Positions 37,771-48,906 of a stretch of 64,000 nucleotides of DNA are shown here, piece after piece. Where the stretch lies: positions 1,280,001 to 1,344,000 of the forward strand of contig CAVVPN010000003.1 of assembly GCA_963750165.1 (NCBI GenBank), given 5' to 3'. The notes under the pieces were generated by a model that saw only the letters and a list, made by a program, of their open reading frames with translations, was not told the DNA's origin and made no database searches. The translations under genes were made by a program, and so were the position numbers. This DNA comes from an uncultured Gemmataceae bacterium (GTDB lineage: Bacteria; Planctomycetota; Planctomycetia; Gemmatales; Gemmataceae). Positions within the stretch are counted from its first letter, which is position 1. Each line of letters opens with the position of its first letter.

Positions 37771-39186
37771 CTACACTTCGACACTCTCGCCGCGATCGGG
37801 TATCGCCACGTCGCCGAAGCCCGCCGCCCGCAGCCCCTCCGCCAGCGCCGCCGCCCGCTCCGGGTCGCCATGCACCAGCCGCACCTGTTTCGCCGTACCC
37901 ACCAGCGGGCTCAGGCTGCGCAGCAAATCGCCATGGTCCGCGTGACTGGACAGGCCGTTGAGCACCACCACCTCCGCCTTCACCCCGAAGGTCCGCCCCA
38001 AAATGCGCACCTCCGGCCGTCGCTCCACCAGCCGCCGGCCCAGCGTATGCTCCGCCTGGTAACCGGCGATCAAAATCGTACTGCGCGGATCCTCAATGTT
38101 GTGCTTGAGGTGATGCACCACGCGGCCCGCCTCGCACATGCCGCTGGCCGAGATGATGACGCACGGCTCCGGCTTGTCGTTCAGGGCGATGCTTTCATGC
38201 ACCTTGTCGATGTAACGGATGTGCTCCTCGCCGAAGAGGTCGGGGTGCCCCTCCAGCAACCGCAGCGTTTCGGGGTTGAAGCACTCGGGGTGCGCGCGGA
38301 ACACTTCCGTGGCCCGCAGCGCCATCGGGCTGTCCACATACACCGGCAGGTTCGGCAACCGGCCGGCGCTGATGAGTTGATGCAGGAAATACACGATCGT
38401 CTGCGTGCGGCCGACGCTGAACGCCGGGATGATGACCTTGCCGCCGCGCGCCGCCGTGTGTCGCACCACCTCGCCCAGTCGCTCCGCCGTCTCCTGCACC
38501 GGCTCGTGCGTGTGGCCGCCGTAGGTGCTCTCGCTGATGAGCAGGTCGCCCGGCGGCAGCGGCGACGGGTCGCGCAGGATCGGCACCCCCGGCCGGCCCA
38601 GGTCGCCCGTGAACGTCAGCCGTCGCTCGCCCCTTTGTCCGTCCAGGCGCAGGTTGACCAGCGCCGAGCCGAGCAAATGGCCGGCGTCCACGAAGGTCAG
38701 CTCGATGCCGCGGCCGACCTCCGCGGGCCGGTCGTAGCGCACCGCCTGCAACCGCAGCAGCGTGCGATACACGTCGCGGCCATCGTACAGCGCCTCGACG
38801 CGCGGCTCGCCCCGCTCTCGGTGGCGGTTGAGGTACGCCGCGTCTTCCTCCTGGATCTTGGCGGCGTCGCCGAGCATGACTGCGGCCAGGGCGCGCGTGG
38901 CCGGCGTGCAGTAAATGGGGCCGTTGAAGCCCTGCCGGACCAGGTTGGGCAGGTTGCCGCAGTGGTCGATGTGGGCGTGGCTGAGCACCACGGCGTCGAT
39001 GTCCCGCGGACGGAAGGGAAATTCCTGGTTGCGGCGCAGGCTCTCGGCGCGACTGCCCTGGTACAGGCCGCAGTCCAGCAGCAGTGTCTGACCGCGGGCG
39101 TCCAGCTGGTGCATCGAGCCGGTGACGGTGCGCATGGCGCCCCAGAAGGTGACGGTCGGCACGGCAGGTTGGCGTTTGCGGGCCAT
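37771..39186 (-). CDS. MBL-fold beta-CASP metallo-hydrolase (RNA-processing nuclease family)
   Basis: VTGS, LLDCG, SHAHIDHCG, AGHLLGS, TGDLG, ESTYG, PAFSVGRTQ, SASGM, SSHAD. Confidence 0.95.
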   Translation of the reverse strand: MARKRQPAVPTVTFWGAMRTVTGSMHQLDARGQTLLLDCGLYQGSRAESLRRNQEFPFRPRDIDAVVLSHAHIDHCGNLPNLVRQGFNGPIYCTPATRALAAVMLGDAAKIQEEDAAYLNRHRERGEPRVEALYDGRDVYRTLLRLQAVRYDRPAEVGRGIELTFVDAGHLLGSALVNLRLDGQRGERRLTFTGDLGRPGVPILRDPSPLPPGDLLISESTYGGHTHEPVQETAERLGEVVRHTAARGGKVIIPAFSVGRTQTIVYFLHQLISAGRLPNLPVYVDSPMALRATEVFRAHPECFNPETLRLLEGHPDLFGEEHIRYIDKVHESIALNDKPEPCVIISASGMCEAGRVVHHLKHNIEDPRSTILIAGYQAEHTLGRRLVERRPEVRILGRTFGVKAEVVVLNGLSSHADHGDLLRSLSPLVGTAKQVRLVHGDPERAAALAEGLRAAGFGDVAIPDRGESVEV

Positions 39187-39417
39187 GAACCGGGTTCCCT
39201 TGCGAAGCAGGGAGCCGTGCGGGCCGGGTCATCCTGTACGCCGCCTCCCTGGTGGTCATTGTATCCAACCGCGGCCCGCCCTGGATCGCCGCTTGTGGCC
39301 AAGCGCGCTGTCAGAGCAACGCCGCGCTGCGGCGGCGGCTGTCGGCTGCTAGGATATTCCACGGGGAGGGCGCCCGTTGCCGCCTTCCCGCCGGATCGCA
39401 CCGCCCGGAGGGCGTCG

Positions 39418-41581
39418 ATGAACACACTGCGCCTGTGCCTGACCTGGCTGCGTCGTACCTTCTCGCTCTCGACCAGCGCCCAGTCCTGGGGCGAGCGGCT
39501 GGCCCTGGCCGGCGTCCTGGCGGCGGCGCTGGCGCTGGCGCTGTTCGGCGGCGGCCTGCCGGGCACGGCGCTGTTCGCGCTGTGGTGGGCCTGGCTGCTG
39601 GCGGCGGCGCTACTGTTGCGCGGCAGCTGGCTCAAGCTGTTCGGGCCGGTGCTCTGGTATGACCTGATCCGCGCCGCCCGCCGCAGTCGCTTCCTCTGGC
39701 TGCGCTGTGCCTACGCCTGTCTGCTGCTGTTCTTGCTGTACACGACCTTCGCCAACCGGCCGCACTACGGCAGCGAGATGGACGTGCGGCACGCCGGCGC
39801 CCAGATGGCCGCCAATTATTTCGAGCTGTTCATGGTGGTGCAGTTCGTGGCGGTGCTGCTGCTGACGCCGGCCTATGTCGCCGGGGCCGTTGCGGAGGAA
39901 AAAGACCGCAAAACCATGGATTACCTCCTCGCCACGGACCTGCGCAACCACGAGATCGTCCTGGGCAAGCTGGCGTCGCGGCTGGCCAATCTGACGCTGG
40001 TGCTGCTGACGGGGCTGCCGATCCTGAGCCTGTTGCAGTTTCTGGGCGGCATTGACCCGGACCTGGTGCTGGCCGGCTTCGCGGCCACGGCCGTGACCAT
40101 GCTCAGCCTGGGGAGCCTGAGCATGCTGGTGTCGGTCGTGTGCAAGAAGCCGCGCAACGCCATCGGCATGACGTACCTGGCGCTGCTGGCGTATTTCCTC
40201 ATCTCGGTGCTGGCGATCGTACTGCAATTCGTGCGGCCGGACCTCATGGCGCTGGGCGTGGGCGACATCACCGTGAAGCAGCTGGTGGACGCCATCAACA
40301 GCGGCAATATCTTCTTCGTCCTGGCGGCGGTGAAGTTCGCCGGCGGTCGCGGGACGCTGGCCCAGGACCTGCCGGGGCTACTGCGCGGCTACGTCCTGTT
40401 CCACGGCGTGGCCGCGGCGGCAGCGTGCGTGACGGCGGTGCTGCGGGTGCGGACGGTGGCGCTGCGGCAGGCGTCGGCGCCGGCGAAGCAGTCCCGGTTC
40501 GTGGGCGAGCGGGCGCGGGTGGCCGGCGATCCGATGATGTGGAAGGAAACGGTCATCGAGGGCGGCCTGCGCCTGAGCTGGGCCGGCTGGCTGTTGATGC
40601 TGGTGCTGGTCGCGCTGACGTTCTGGCCGGCAGTGGAAATCCTGCGCCACCACCTGGCGCGGGGGGACGCTGGCCTACGGCGGCGGCGACTACCTGGCCC
40701 GGGAGATGAACGTCTGGGTGCGCCTGGCCGGCACGGTGGTGTGCTGCGTGACGCTGGTGGCGGTGGCGGTACGGGCGGCGGGCGCCATCAGCGGCGAGCG
40801 CGAACGGCAGACATTCGACGGCCTGCTGGCCAGCCCGCTGAGCGCCGGCGAAATTCTGTTCGCCAAGTGGCTGGGCAGCATTCTGAGCGTGCGCCTGGCC
40901 TGGGTGTGGCTGCTGGCCATCTGGGGCGCGGGCGTGGCGACGGGCGGCCTGCAACCGCTGGCGGTCCCATTCCTGGTCGGTCTCTGGTGCGTGTACGCCG
41001 CGTTTCTGGCCGTCATGGGCCTGTGGTATTCGCTGATCTGCCGCACGACGACGCGGGCGGTCATGGCCACGCTGGGCACGGCCCTGGCGGTCAGCTTCGG
41101 CCACTGGTTGCCGTGGATGCTCTGCATGTTCGGCCCGCGCGGCGGCCCCGGAGTGGAGGATATCATCTGGGTGCAGGTCGGGGCGACGCCGCCGGCGGCG
41201 CTGGGCGTGTTTGCCTTCACCGCCGCGGATTTCGACCACGGTGAGCACTTCGCCAAGGCGCTCTTTTTCTTGATGTTCGGCGTAGGCGCCTGGGGCATCG
41301 GCACGCTGATGTTCTGGGGCGCCCTCGACCGCCGCTTCTGCGCCGTCACCCACCGCAATGCGTTCCTGATGCCGGAGCAGCCCCACGTGCGGCTGCGGCC
41401 GCGGTCGGCGCCGCCCGGCGAGCCGGAGCCGACCCCCACCGTCACGCCGCTGCGCGGCGCGACGCTGATCGAGGACACGGCGGAACGAGTGCAATCACCG
41501 ACCCGGCTGCGCGGCGCCCGACTGGTCGAGGAAATCTGGGAGGAGCCGCCGCGGCCGCCCGCCCCGCCAGCGCACGGCTGA
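39418..41581 (+). CDS. ABC-2 type transporter permease with two permease repeats; frameshift at ~40663
   Basis: AGAVAEEKDRKTMDYLLATDL...EIVLGKL and AGAISGERERQTFDGLLASPL...EILFAKW; frames join across the G6 run at 40661-40666. Confidence 0.85.
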
Positions 41582-41719
41582 CAGGCTTGTTGTTGCGGGC
41601 GTCCTTTCTTTCTCCGTCCTCCCACCAGGGGGAGGGAGAAAGAGGGCGGTTTGCCGGCCGCCGTCCACGGCCCTACTATATCCGCCAAGCCTCCCCCAAC
41701 GCCAACCACGAGGAACATC

Positions 41720-42628
41720 ATGGCATTCAGCAAGGCAGAACCGGGCAAGACACGTATCGGCTGGATCGGCACCGGCGTCATGGGCCGCTGGATGTGCCAG
41801 CATCTGATCGGCAAGGGTTACAAGGCGACCGTCTCCAACCGCAGCAAGGACAAGGCGCAGCCGCTGCTGGACGCCGGCGCCGCCTGGGCCGACACGCCCA
41901 AAAAGGTCGCGGAGCAGTCCGACCTGGTGTTTGCCATCGTCGGCTTCCCCAGGGACGTGCGCGAGGTGTTCCTGGGCCACGACGGCGCCCTGGCCGGCGC
42001 GAAGGCGGGGACGGTGCTGGTGGACATGACCACCAGTGAACCGAGCCTGGCAAAAGAAATATACGAGGCAGCGAAGGCGAAGGGCGTGGCGGCCCTGGAC
42101 GCGCCCGTGTCCGGCGGCGATGTGGGCGCGAAGAACGCGACGTTGTCCATCATGATCGGCGGCGACAAGGACGTGGTCGCGGCGGTGCAGCCGGCGTTCG
42201 AGTGCATGGGCAAGACCATCGTCCACCAGGGCCCAGCGGGCGCCGGCCAGCATACCAAGATGGTCAATCAGATTCTGATCGCGGCCAACATGATCGCCGT
42301 CTGCGAGGGGCTGCTGTACGCCTATCAGTCAGGGCTGGACCCGGAGACGGTGCTCAAGTCGGTGTCGGTCGGGGCCGCCGGCAGCAAGGCGCTGGAGGTG
42401 CTGGGGCCGCGCATCCTCGCGCGGAACTTCGAGCCGGGGTTCTACGTCGAGCACTTCATCAAGGACATGGGGATTGCGTTGCGCGAGGCCGAGGCGATGC
42501 ACCTTTGCTTGCCGGGCCTGGCGCTGGCGAAGCAGCTCTACGAGGCGGTGCGCGCCCAGGGCTACGGCCGCAAGGGCACCCAGGCGCTGATGCTGGCGCT
42601 GGAGCACCTGTCCAACGTCAAGCGCTGA
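41720..42628 (+). CDS. NAD(P)-dependent beta-hydroxyacid dehydrogenase (3-hydroxyisobutyrate DH / tartronate semialdehyde reductase family)
   Basis: [41 protein letters not shown]. Confidence 0.95.
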   Translation: MAFSKAEPGKTRIGWIGTGVMGRWMCQHLIGKGYKATVSNRSKDKAQPLLDAGAAWADTPKKVAEQSDLVFAIVGFPRDVREVFLGHDGALAGAKAGTVLVDMTTSEPSLAKEIYEAAKAKGVAALDAPVSGGDVGAKNATLSIMIGGDKDVVAAVQPAFECMGKTIVHQGPAGAGQHTKMVNQILIAANMIAVCEGLLYAYQSGLDPETVLKSVSVGAAGSKALEVLGPRILARNFEPGFYVEHFIKDMGIALREAEAMHLCLPGLALAKQLYEAVRAQGYGRKGTQALMLALEHLSNVKR

Positions 42629-42698
42629 GGTTCTGTCGCTGGCGGCTTCGCGTTCAGCCGCCAGCGGCAGAGAAGATTCGTTACCGTTTCAGCCAACG

Positions 42699-44429
42699 TC
42701 ACAGCTGCGGTGCCTTGGGCTTGATCGGCGCCTGAAAGGCATTGGCCCCCTGGACGCGGAGCTTCCGCGCGTAGACGCGGTCGCCGCAGGTGGCGTACAG
42801 CGTGTCGAAGCGCTCGCCGCCAAAGCAGAGGTTCGCCACCTTACCGTTTGGCGTCGGCAGGATGCAGTTTACCCGTCCGGCCTGATCGCACACCTGCACG
42901 CCCAGGCGCGTGGCCACATACAAACGGCCGTCGCGGTCCACACGCAGGCCGTCGGCCCCGCTATCGTCCGCGGTGTCCGGCATGTGCAGGTGGTAATACT
43001 TCTGCTTGTATTTCAGGGAGCCGTCTGCCTGGACCTGGTAGCTGTAGACCCAGTGCGTGCGGCTGTCGGCGACGTACAGCAGTGTCTGGTCCGGCGACAG
43101 CGTGATCCCGTTCGCGAACTTCAGGCCAGTGTCCACCACCTTCTTTTCCCCCCTGGGGCTGATGTACCACACCTTGCTCGGCTCGGTGCCGGGGTTGGTC
43201 ACATACAGACTGCCATCGTAGCGCACGATCAGGTCGTTGCCCTTGAACCCGTCGGCGACGACCCTGGCCTTGCCGTCAGCGTCGTAAGCCAGCACCTGCG
43301 CGGCGCCGGTGGCGACCGCGTACAGCTTGCCGTCGGGGCCGAACGCCTGGCCGTTGCCGCGCTTCGAGTCCGCGAGGAACAGGCTCACCTTGCCGTCCAG
43401 GCCGATCTTGTAGGTTTTACTGTTCGGAATGTCGTTGAAAAACACTTCACCCTTCGCGTTGGCTGCCGGGCCCTCCGTGAACTTGTAACCGTCCGCCACC
43501 AGCTTCCACCCCTCACCCGGCTGCAGGATGTCCTGCAACTGCTTCGACCCCTTGCCCGCCTTGATCGGGGCCGGATGGTCCTTCCACAACCAGCGCATCG
43601 CGTCAGGGAAAAGCTGCGTCGCATGGGTGCCGTTGTGGCCGCCGTCGCCCCAGGCGTGGTTGACCTCGTAGCCGGCGAACTTCAGCGCCCGCTCCATCTC
43701 CTGGTTGGCCATCCACCAGTCGCCGCCGTAAATGTTCAGGTCGTTCTTGCCGTCCTGTAGATAGACGCGCAGCGGCTTCGGCTCGTACTTGCGGATGAGC
43801 GTCGGGTAGACGTTGGCGCCGCGCAGGCCGACGTAGGTGCCGATGGCGCTGAAAACGCGGCGAAACGCATCGGGCCGCTCCCACGCCGCGGTGAACGCAC
43901 AGACGGCGCCGCTGCTGCTGCCGCCGATGGCGCGGTCGTTGCCGTCCTTCGAGAGCCGGATGGCGCGGCCGTCCTTGGTCTTCTTCTTCTCCACCTCCGG
44001 CAGCAGTTCTTCCAGCACAAAGCGGGCGTAGGCGTCGCCGAGGCCGTCGTACTCATAGCTGCGGTTGTAGCGCGGCAGCGCCTTGTTGCTGGTGGCCGGG
44101 ACGACGCCGGGCCGCACGAACACGCCGATGACGACCGGCATTTCCTTCTTGTGGATCAGCTCATCGAAGACGGCGGGGGCCTTGAACTGGATGCCGTCCT
44201 GGTTGACGTGGACGCAGGCGGGTTTCGCCGGGTCGTACTGCTTCGGCACGTAGACCCAGTAGTCGCGTGTGGTGCCGGGGAAGATTTTGCTATCCGCGAA
44301 GGTGTATTGCGTGATTTCGCCCCTGGGCACGGCGGGCTGTTGCTGGGCGGCCGGGACGAGAGCGGCCAGGCAGGGCAGGACGAGCAGGGCCGGCAACCAG
44401 GCGCGGCGGCGGCGGGTCAGTCGGGGCAC
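42699..44429 (-). CDS. Secreted esterase (Fes-like) fused to SMP-30/gluconolactonase
   Basis: RDYWVYVP, NRSYEYD, GSSSGA nucleophile elbow; FTEGP, ANGITLSPD, GADGLRVDRDGRLYV. Confidence 0.9.
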   Translation of the reverse strand: MPRLTRRRRAWLPALLVLPCLAALVPAAQQQPAVPRGEITQYTFADSKIFPGTTRDYWVYVPKQYDPAKPACVHVNQDGIQFKAPAVFDELIHKKEMPVVIGVFVRPGVVPATSNKALPRYNRSYEYDGLGDAYARFVLEELLPEVEKKKTKDGRAIRLSKDGNDRAIGGSSSGAVCAFTAAWERPDAFRRVFSAIGTYVGLRGANVYPTLIRKYEPKPLRVYLQDGKNDLNIYGGDWWMANQEMERALKFAGYEVNHAWGDGGHNGTHATQLFPDAMRWLWKDHPAPIKAGKGSKQLQDILQPGEGWKLVADGYKFTEGPAANAKGEVFFNDIPNSKTYKIGLDGKVSLFLADSKRGNGQAFGPDGKLYAVATGAAQVLAYDADGKARVVADGFKGNDLIVRYDGSLYVTNPGTEPSKVWYISPRGEKKVVDTGLKFANGITLSPDQTLLYVADSRTHWVYSYQVQADGSLKYKQKYYHLHMPDTADDSGADGLRVDRDGRLYVATRLGVQVCDQAGRVNCILPTPNGKVANLCFGGERFDTLYATCGDRVYARKLRVQGANAFQAPIKPKAPQL

Positions 44430-44607
44430 GGGTCGGCTCCTTTCAGCACGGCGACGCAGGCGGGGAGGGTGACACGGCTGGCATTTTAGGTCTTTCTGCC
44501 GCTTGCGGCCTGGCGGGCTGCATCCCTGCCGGCGCGAAACGATAAATCAAGAACTGGAAGATTTGATTTATCGTTTCGCGCCGGATTCCGAGCAATGTGG
44601 AGGTCCC

Positions 44608-45912
44608 ATGAGCCGCGTCATTGAGCAATTTGAGCGGGCCCAGCAATCCCTCGCCGGCGGCGTCAGCGCCTCGACGCGCGTCAACCGGGCGCTGGGCCAT
44701 CCGCTGTACATCGACCGCGCCGCCGGCTGCCGCGTCTGGGACCTGGACGGCAAGGAGTACCTCGACCTGTGTTGCAGCCACGGCGCGACGCTGCTGGGCC
44801 ACGGCGACGCCCGGGTGCGGCGAGCGGTCGAGGCGGTGCTGGACCGCGGCGCCGCCTGCTCCTACGAGAACGAACTGCACGCCGAACTGGCCGAACTGCT
44901 GTGCGCGACGGTGCCGTGCCTGGAGCGTGTGCGCTTCACCGGCTCGGGCACCGAGGCGACGCTGCACTGCCTGCGCCTGGCCCGCGCCTGCACTGGCCGC
45001 ACGAAAATCCTCAAGTTCGAGGGCAACTTTCACGGCTACCACGATCAGGTGATGTACGCCATCGGCACGCCCGCCGACCGCCTCGGCCCGGAGGAGACGC
45101 CGATCGCTTACCCCGGCTCGTCCGGTCTGCCCGCGGGATGGGATCAACACCTCGTCATCGTGCCGTACAACCGCACGGACCTGTTCGAGACCGCGTTCCA
45201 CCGGCACGCCCACGAACTGGCCGCGGTCATCTGCGAACCGGTGTACTACAACGCCGGCTGCATCGTCCCCGACCGCGACTTCATGCTGGCGCTGCGGGCG
45301 CGGACGCGCGAGGCTGGCGTGCCGCTCATCTTTGATGAAGTGCTGAGCGCCTTCCGCATGTGCCCCGGCGGCGCCCAGGAATTTTTGGGCGTGACGCCGG
45401 ACCTGTGTACGCTGGGCAAGGCGGTGGGCGGCGGCTTCCCGCTGAGCGTCTTCGGCGGCCGCCGCGACTTCATGGACAGGCTCATGCCGGTGGGCGATTG
45501 CCAGCACAGCGGCACTTACAACGGCCACGTCGTCGCGGTCGCCGCCGCCCTGGCCGCCGTCACCGCTTACCGCGAGCCGGGTTTTTACGACCACCTCAAC
45601 GCCGTCGGCCGCCTGCTGTTCGACGGCCTCAACGCGCTGTTCGCCCGCCACGGTGTCAACGGCCGCGTGCAGGGACTGGGGGCGCGTTTCGGCATCTACT
45701 TCGGTGTGACGGGGCCGCTGCGCAACTACCGCGACGCGGTGCGGCACCAGTGCGAGCAGATGCTGCGCTTCATCGCGGCGGCGATTGCGCACGGCGTCTA
45801 CTTCCACGACTACGGCGGGGCGGCGTGCCATCATGGCTTCTGTGCGGCCATGACGCTGGCGGATGCCGACGAGGCGCTGCAGCGCCTGGACGCTGCCGTG
45901 CGCGCGCTGTGA
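44608..45912 (+). CDS. Class III PLP aminotransferase, glutamate-1-semialdehyde aminomutase-like
   Basis: SGTEAT, KFEGNFHG, LIFDEV, PDLCTLGKAVGGGFP, SGTYNG; GGAGG RBS. Confidence 0.9.
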   Translation: MSRVIEQFERAQQSLAGGVSASTRVNRALGHPLYIDRAAGCRVWDLDGKEYLDLCCSHGATLLGHGDARVRRAVEAVLDRGAACSYENELHAELAELLCATVPCLERVRFTGSGTEATLHCLRLARACTGRTKILKFEGNFHGYHDQVMYAIGTPADRLGPEETPIAYPGSSGLPAGWDQHLVIVPYNRTDLFETAFHRHAHELAAVICEPVYYNAGCIVPDRDFMLALRARTREAGVPLIFDEVLSAFRMCPGGAQEFLGVTPDLCTLGKAVGGGFPLSVFGGRRDFMDRLMPVGDCQHSGTYNGHVVAVAAALAAVTAYREPGFYDHLNAVGRLLFDGLNALFARHGVNGRVQGLGARFGIYFGVTGPLRNYRDAVRHQCEQMLRFIAAAIAHGVYFHDYGGAACHHGFCAAMTLADADEALQRLDAAVRAL

Positions 45913-45967
45913 ACGCCGCGTCCCATCCCGCCCAACGGGTATGCCCCTCGAAGTAGTCGGGTAAGTT

Positions 45968-46050
45968 GAGTGTGCCACTGCCTGGCCGCCCTTCTGGAAC
46001 TGGATGGAGGTGCAAGCGGCTTCACCGGGCGGCCAGGCAGTGGCACACTC
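45968..46050. repeat. Perfect 24-bp inverted repeat (GTGCCACTG-type REP doublet)
   Basis: gagtgtgccactgcctggccgccc ... gggcggccaggcagtggcacactc. Confidence 0.85.
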
Positions 46051-46062
46051 TCTCTTGACCTA

Positions 46063-46345
46063 GCGCGGTTCGCAGTTGCGTGGACCACGAACGGCAGGCG
46101 CTGCCAGGCGCCGCTTCTCGACGTGTGAAAAAGTTGGCGTTCTTGGCGTGCTTGGCGTCCTTGCTGTGGCAACCGCCGCCGATGGTTGTTGAGTCGTGCC
46201 ACCTGCACGGGGCCAGGGCGCCGCTTCTCGACGTATGAAAAAGTTGGCCCCCTTGGCCTCCTTGGCCCCCTTGCTGTGGCAGTGCAGGCCGCTGGTGGTC
46301 AGCCCGTGCCCGCCCACTCGTGTGCAAACCGTGCGTGAACCGCTC
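46063..46345. mobile_element. TA-flanked MITE of the GAGCGGTTC family carrying the 50-bp repeat pair
   Basis: TA|gcgcggttcgcagttg ... gaaccgctc|TA; left end nearly identical to 2674-2689; cargo repeats at 46116-46165 and 46226-46275. Confidence 0.7.
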
Positions 46346-46512
46346 TAACTTTTCCGAGAGGTACACCCCCGCCAAACAATCTCCGTCAAACTGCTCTTGC
46401 AACCGGCCGTCCTCGGGTTATAAGTCCCTTCCCTTTTCAAATCACTCGCCCCGGCGCGCACGCTCGGCTGGGGTTCCGCGCGGTTCGACGACACGGAGGA
46501 AGGAGCGGATTC

Positions 46513-47562
46513 ATGGAGCCCGATCCGCTGTTCTGGGCTGGCAAGCGCGTCTGTGTGACGGGCGGCACCGGGTTTCTCGGCTGGCACCTGGTACGGCAAC
46601 TCCTGACGCTGACGCCGCACGTGCGCGTGCTTGGACTGCGCCCCACCTCGAGGCCGCTGCGGGAGCGGTTGCAGGCGCTCGACTGGGTCGAAGGCGACAT
46701 TCGGGACGCGGACGCGGTGCGCCGTGTCCTCCACGATTGTGATGTGGTGATCCACGCCGCGGGGCCGGTGGCGGTGTGGGGGTCGGCGCTGCGACAACTG
46801 CACGACATCCACGTCCAGGGCACGCGGCGAGTGCTGGAGGCGCTGCCGGCAGGGGCGCGGCTGGTCCACACGTCCAGCGTGGTGGCCATCGGCGCCTCGG
46901 CCGGGCGGACGCCGTTGACGGAGGCGGCGCCCTTTGGGTTGCGGCGCCTGCGCGTCGATTACGTCCACGCCAAGCGCGCGGCCGAGGACGTGGCGCTGGC
47001 GGCCGCGGCCCGGCAGGACGTGGTGGTGGTCAACCCCGCGTACCTGATCGGGCCGGAGGACTACCAGGGTTCGCCCCTGGGTCGCTTCTGCCTGCGCTTC
47101 TGGAAGCGCAAGGTGCCGCTGGTCCCGGGCGGCGGCCTGAATTTCGTCGATGTGCGCGACGTGGCCCGCGGCCATTTGCTGGCCGCGGAGCGCGGCCGCC
47201 GCGGCCAGCGCTACATCCTGGGCGGCGAGAACCTGACGTTTGTGGACTTCGTGAGCCGCCTGGCCGCCGTGCGCGGCCTGCCGCCGCGCCGCCGCTTCTG
47301 CGTCCCGTGGTGGCTGCAAACGGCCCTGGCACGGTTCGCGGAACTCCGCGCCGGCCTGCTGCACCGCGAGCCCTACCCGTCCGTGCAGCACGCCCGCATG
47401 AGTCGCTATTACTGGTACTATGCCTCCGACCGGGCCGCCGCGGAACTCGGCTACCGGGCCCGTCCGTTCCAGGAAACGCTGACGGACCTGCACGCCTGGT
47501 TCTGCCAGCACCGCCGGCTGCGGCGACAAACTGGCGTCCCTGGCCTGGCGGCGGCAGCCTGA
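46513..47562 (+). CDS. NAD-dependent epimerase/dehydratase (HpnA / dihydroflavonol reductase-like extended SDR)
   Basis: VTGGTGFLG, HTSSV, YxxxK (YVHAK), VDVRDVARGH, YILGGENL. Confidence 0.9.
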   Translation: MEPDPLFWAGKRVCVTGGTGFLGWHLVRQLLTLTPHVRVLGLRPTSRPLRERLQALDWVEGDIRDADAVRRVLHDCDVVIHAAGPVAVWGSALRQLHDIHVQGTRRVLEALPAGARLVHTSSVVAIGASAGRTPLTEAAPFGLRRLRVDYVHAKRAAEDVALAAAARQDVVVVNPAYLIGPEDYQGSPLGRFCLRFWKRKVPLVPGGGLNFVDVRDVARGHLLAAERGRRGQRYILGGENLTFVDFVSRLAAVRGLPPRRRFCVPWWLQTALARFAELRAGLLHREPYPSVQHARMSRYYWYYASDRAAAELGYRARPFQETLTDLHAWFCQHRRLRRQTGVPGLAAAA

Positions 47563-47646
47563 CCGGCACGGCCTTTGCAACAGAAGTCTTCCTGAACCCG
47601 AACGCCGGTCAGCCAGGGAAACTCTCGCCGGATACGGAGGAAGACC

Positions 47647-48843
47647 ATGAACCATCAGGAGCGACCGATCATCGTGGGAGCGGGCCCGGTCGGGCTGGGA
47701 GCCGCGCTATTCCTGGCGCAGCAGGGCCAGCCCGTGCGCCTCGTCGAGGAGCGAGCCGAGCTGGAAACGCAGTCGCGAGCCCTGGCGGTCAACCCGCGCA
47801 CCCTGGACCTGCTGGAGCCGACGGGCGTCACGCGCCGGATGCTGGAAATCGGCGCCCCCATCCACGGCGCCCGCATCAGCCGGCACGGGCACGTCGTCGC
47901 GGCGCTGTCGTTGGCCGGCATCCACCCCCGCTATCCGTTCATGCTGGCGCTGTCGCAGGCGACCACCGAACGGCTGCTGACCCAGGCGCTGCACGAGGCC
48001 GGAGGCAGCATCGAACGTGGCCTGAAGCTGGTCGGCTGCCGGAACGCTGCCGATGGCGTCGAGGCGACGCTGGAGCCGACGGCCGGCGGTGCGCGCGAGA
48101 CGGCTCGGTATCCGTGGCTGCTGGCGGCGGAGGGCGCCCACAGCGTCGCCCGGCAGCAACTCGGTATCGACTTCGTGGGGACATCATTAAAGGGGGAGTG
48201 GTATCTGGCCGATGTCCCGCTGCGGACGCCCCTCGCTGCCGACCATGGCCACGTCATTTTCCTCGACGACGGCTTCCTGTTCCTGATCCGCGTGGTCGAT
48301 GACGCCCTGAAGGACCGCCCCGGCGATCCCATCTGGCGGGTCATTAGCACGCGCCCTGGGCCGCTGTCCCAACTGGTGGGTGCGGAGCAGACCGGCCCGT
48401 CTCTGTGGGAGTCGAGCTTCCACATTTCGCACCGCATCAACGCGACCCTGGCGGCGGGCCACGTCTACTTCGCGGGGGATGCGGCCCACGTCCACTCGCC
48501 GATGGGGGCGCGTGGCATGAACCTTGGGCTGGAAGATGCCTGGGTGTTCGCGCGGCTCGCGGCGTCAGGCCGGCTGGCGGAGTATGACCGGCTGCGACGG
48601 CCGGTGGATCGGCAGGTGGTGCGTCAGGTCGAACTGCTCACGCGGATCGTTTCCGGGGAGTCGGCGCTCTTTCGGTTCGTGCGGTCGTTCGTGTTGCCGC
48701 TGGCCGTCTCGCTGCCCTTCACCCGCCGTACCATGATCGGGACGTTGACCGGGCTCGACCACGAACTGCCGCCCCTGAGTGTGGAAACCAGGCGGGGTGG
48801 GAAACCAGCCACCACTGCCCCGGAGCAGCGGATAGGCGTGTGA
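47647..48843 (+). CDS. FAD-dependent monooxygenase (aromatic hydroxylase family)
   Basis: VGAGPVGL, EGAHSVAR, AGDAAHVHSPMGARGMNLGLEDA. Confidence 0.92.
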   Translation: MNHQERPIIVGAGPVGLGAALFLAQQGQPVRLVEERAELETQSRALAVNPRTLDLLEPTGVTRRMLEIGAPIHGARISRHGHVVAALSLAGIHPRYPFMLALSQATTERLLTQALHEAGGSIERGLKLVGCRNAADGVEATLEPTAGGARETARYPWLLAAEGAHSVARQQLGIDFVGTSLKGEWYLADVPLRTPLAADHGHVIFLDDGFLFLIRVVDDALKDRPGDPIWRVISTRPGPLSQLVGAEQTGPSLWESSFHISHRINATLAAGHVYFAGDAAHVHSPMGARGMNLGLEDAWVFARLAASGRLAEYDRLRRPVDRQVVRQVELLTRIVSGESALFRFVRSFVLPLAVSLPFTRRTMIGTLTGLDHELPPLSVETRRGGKPATTAPEQRIGV

Positions 48844-48906
48844 CCCACACCTCCAGGAATTTCCGAAGCCTTTCAGAGTTTCCCGTCGCAGGATATGATG
48901 AGGTGT

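Noticed and set aside
37771..39186. MBL-fold gene as a beta-lactamase or anti-phage nuclease
   Set aside because: It has beta-CASP motifs of the widespread RNA-processing family and no defence-island context.
37870..39417. N-terminal half of the 1124-aa ORF
   Set aside because: Antisense to the beta-CASP gene; the real permease starts at 39418.
44608..45912. Naming the aminotransferase hemL because hemC is in the window
   Set aside because: It lacks the typical HemL N-terminal SPVRAF motif (it has ASTRVN) and is 39 kb from hemC; more likely a paralogue.
22440..46275. The 50-bp repeat pairs as CRISPR arrays
   Set aside because: Only two divergent copies per locus, internal 9-mer periodicity, repeat longer than typical, and no cas genes or leader in the window.
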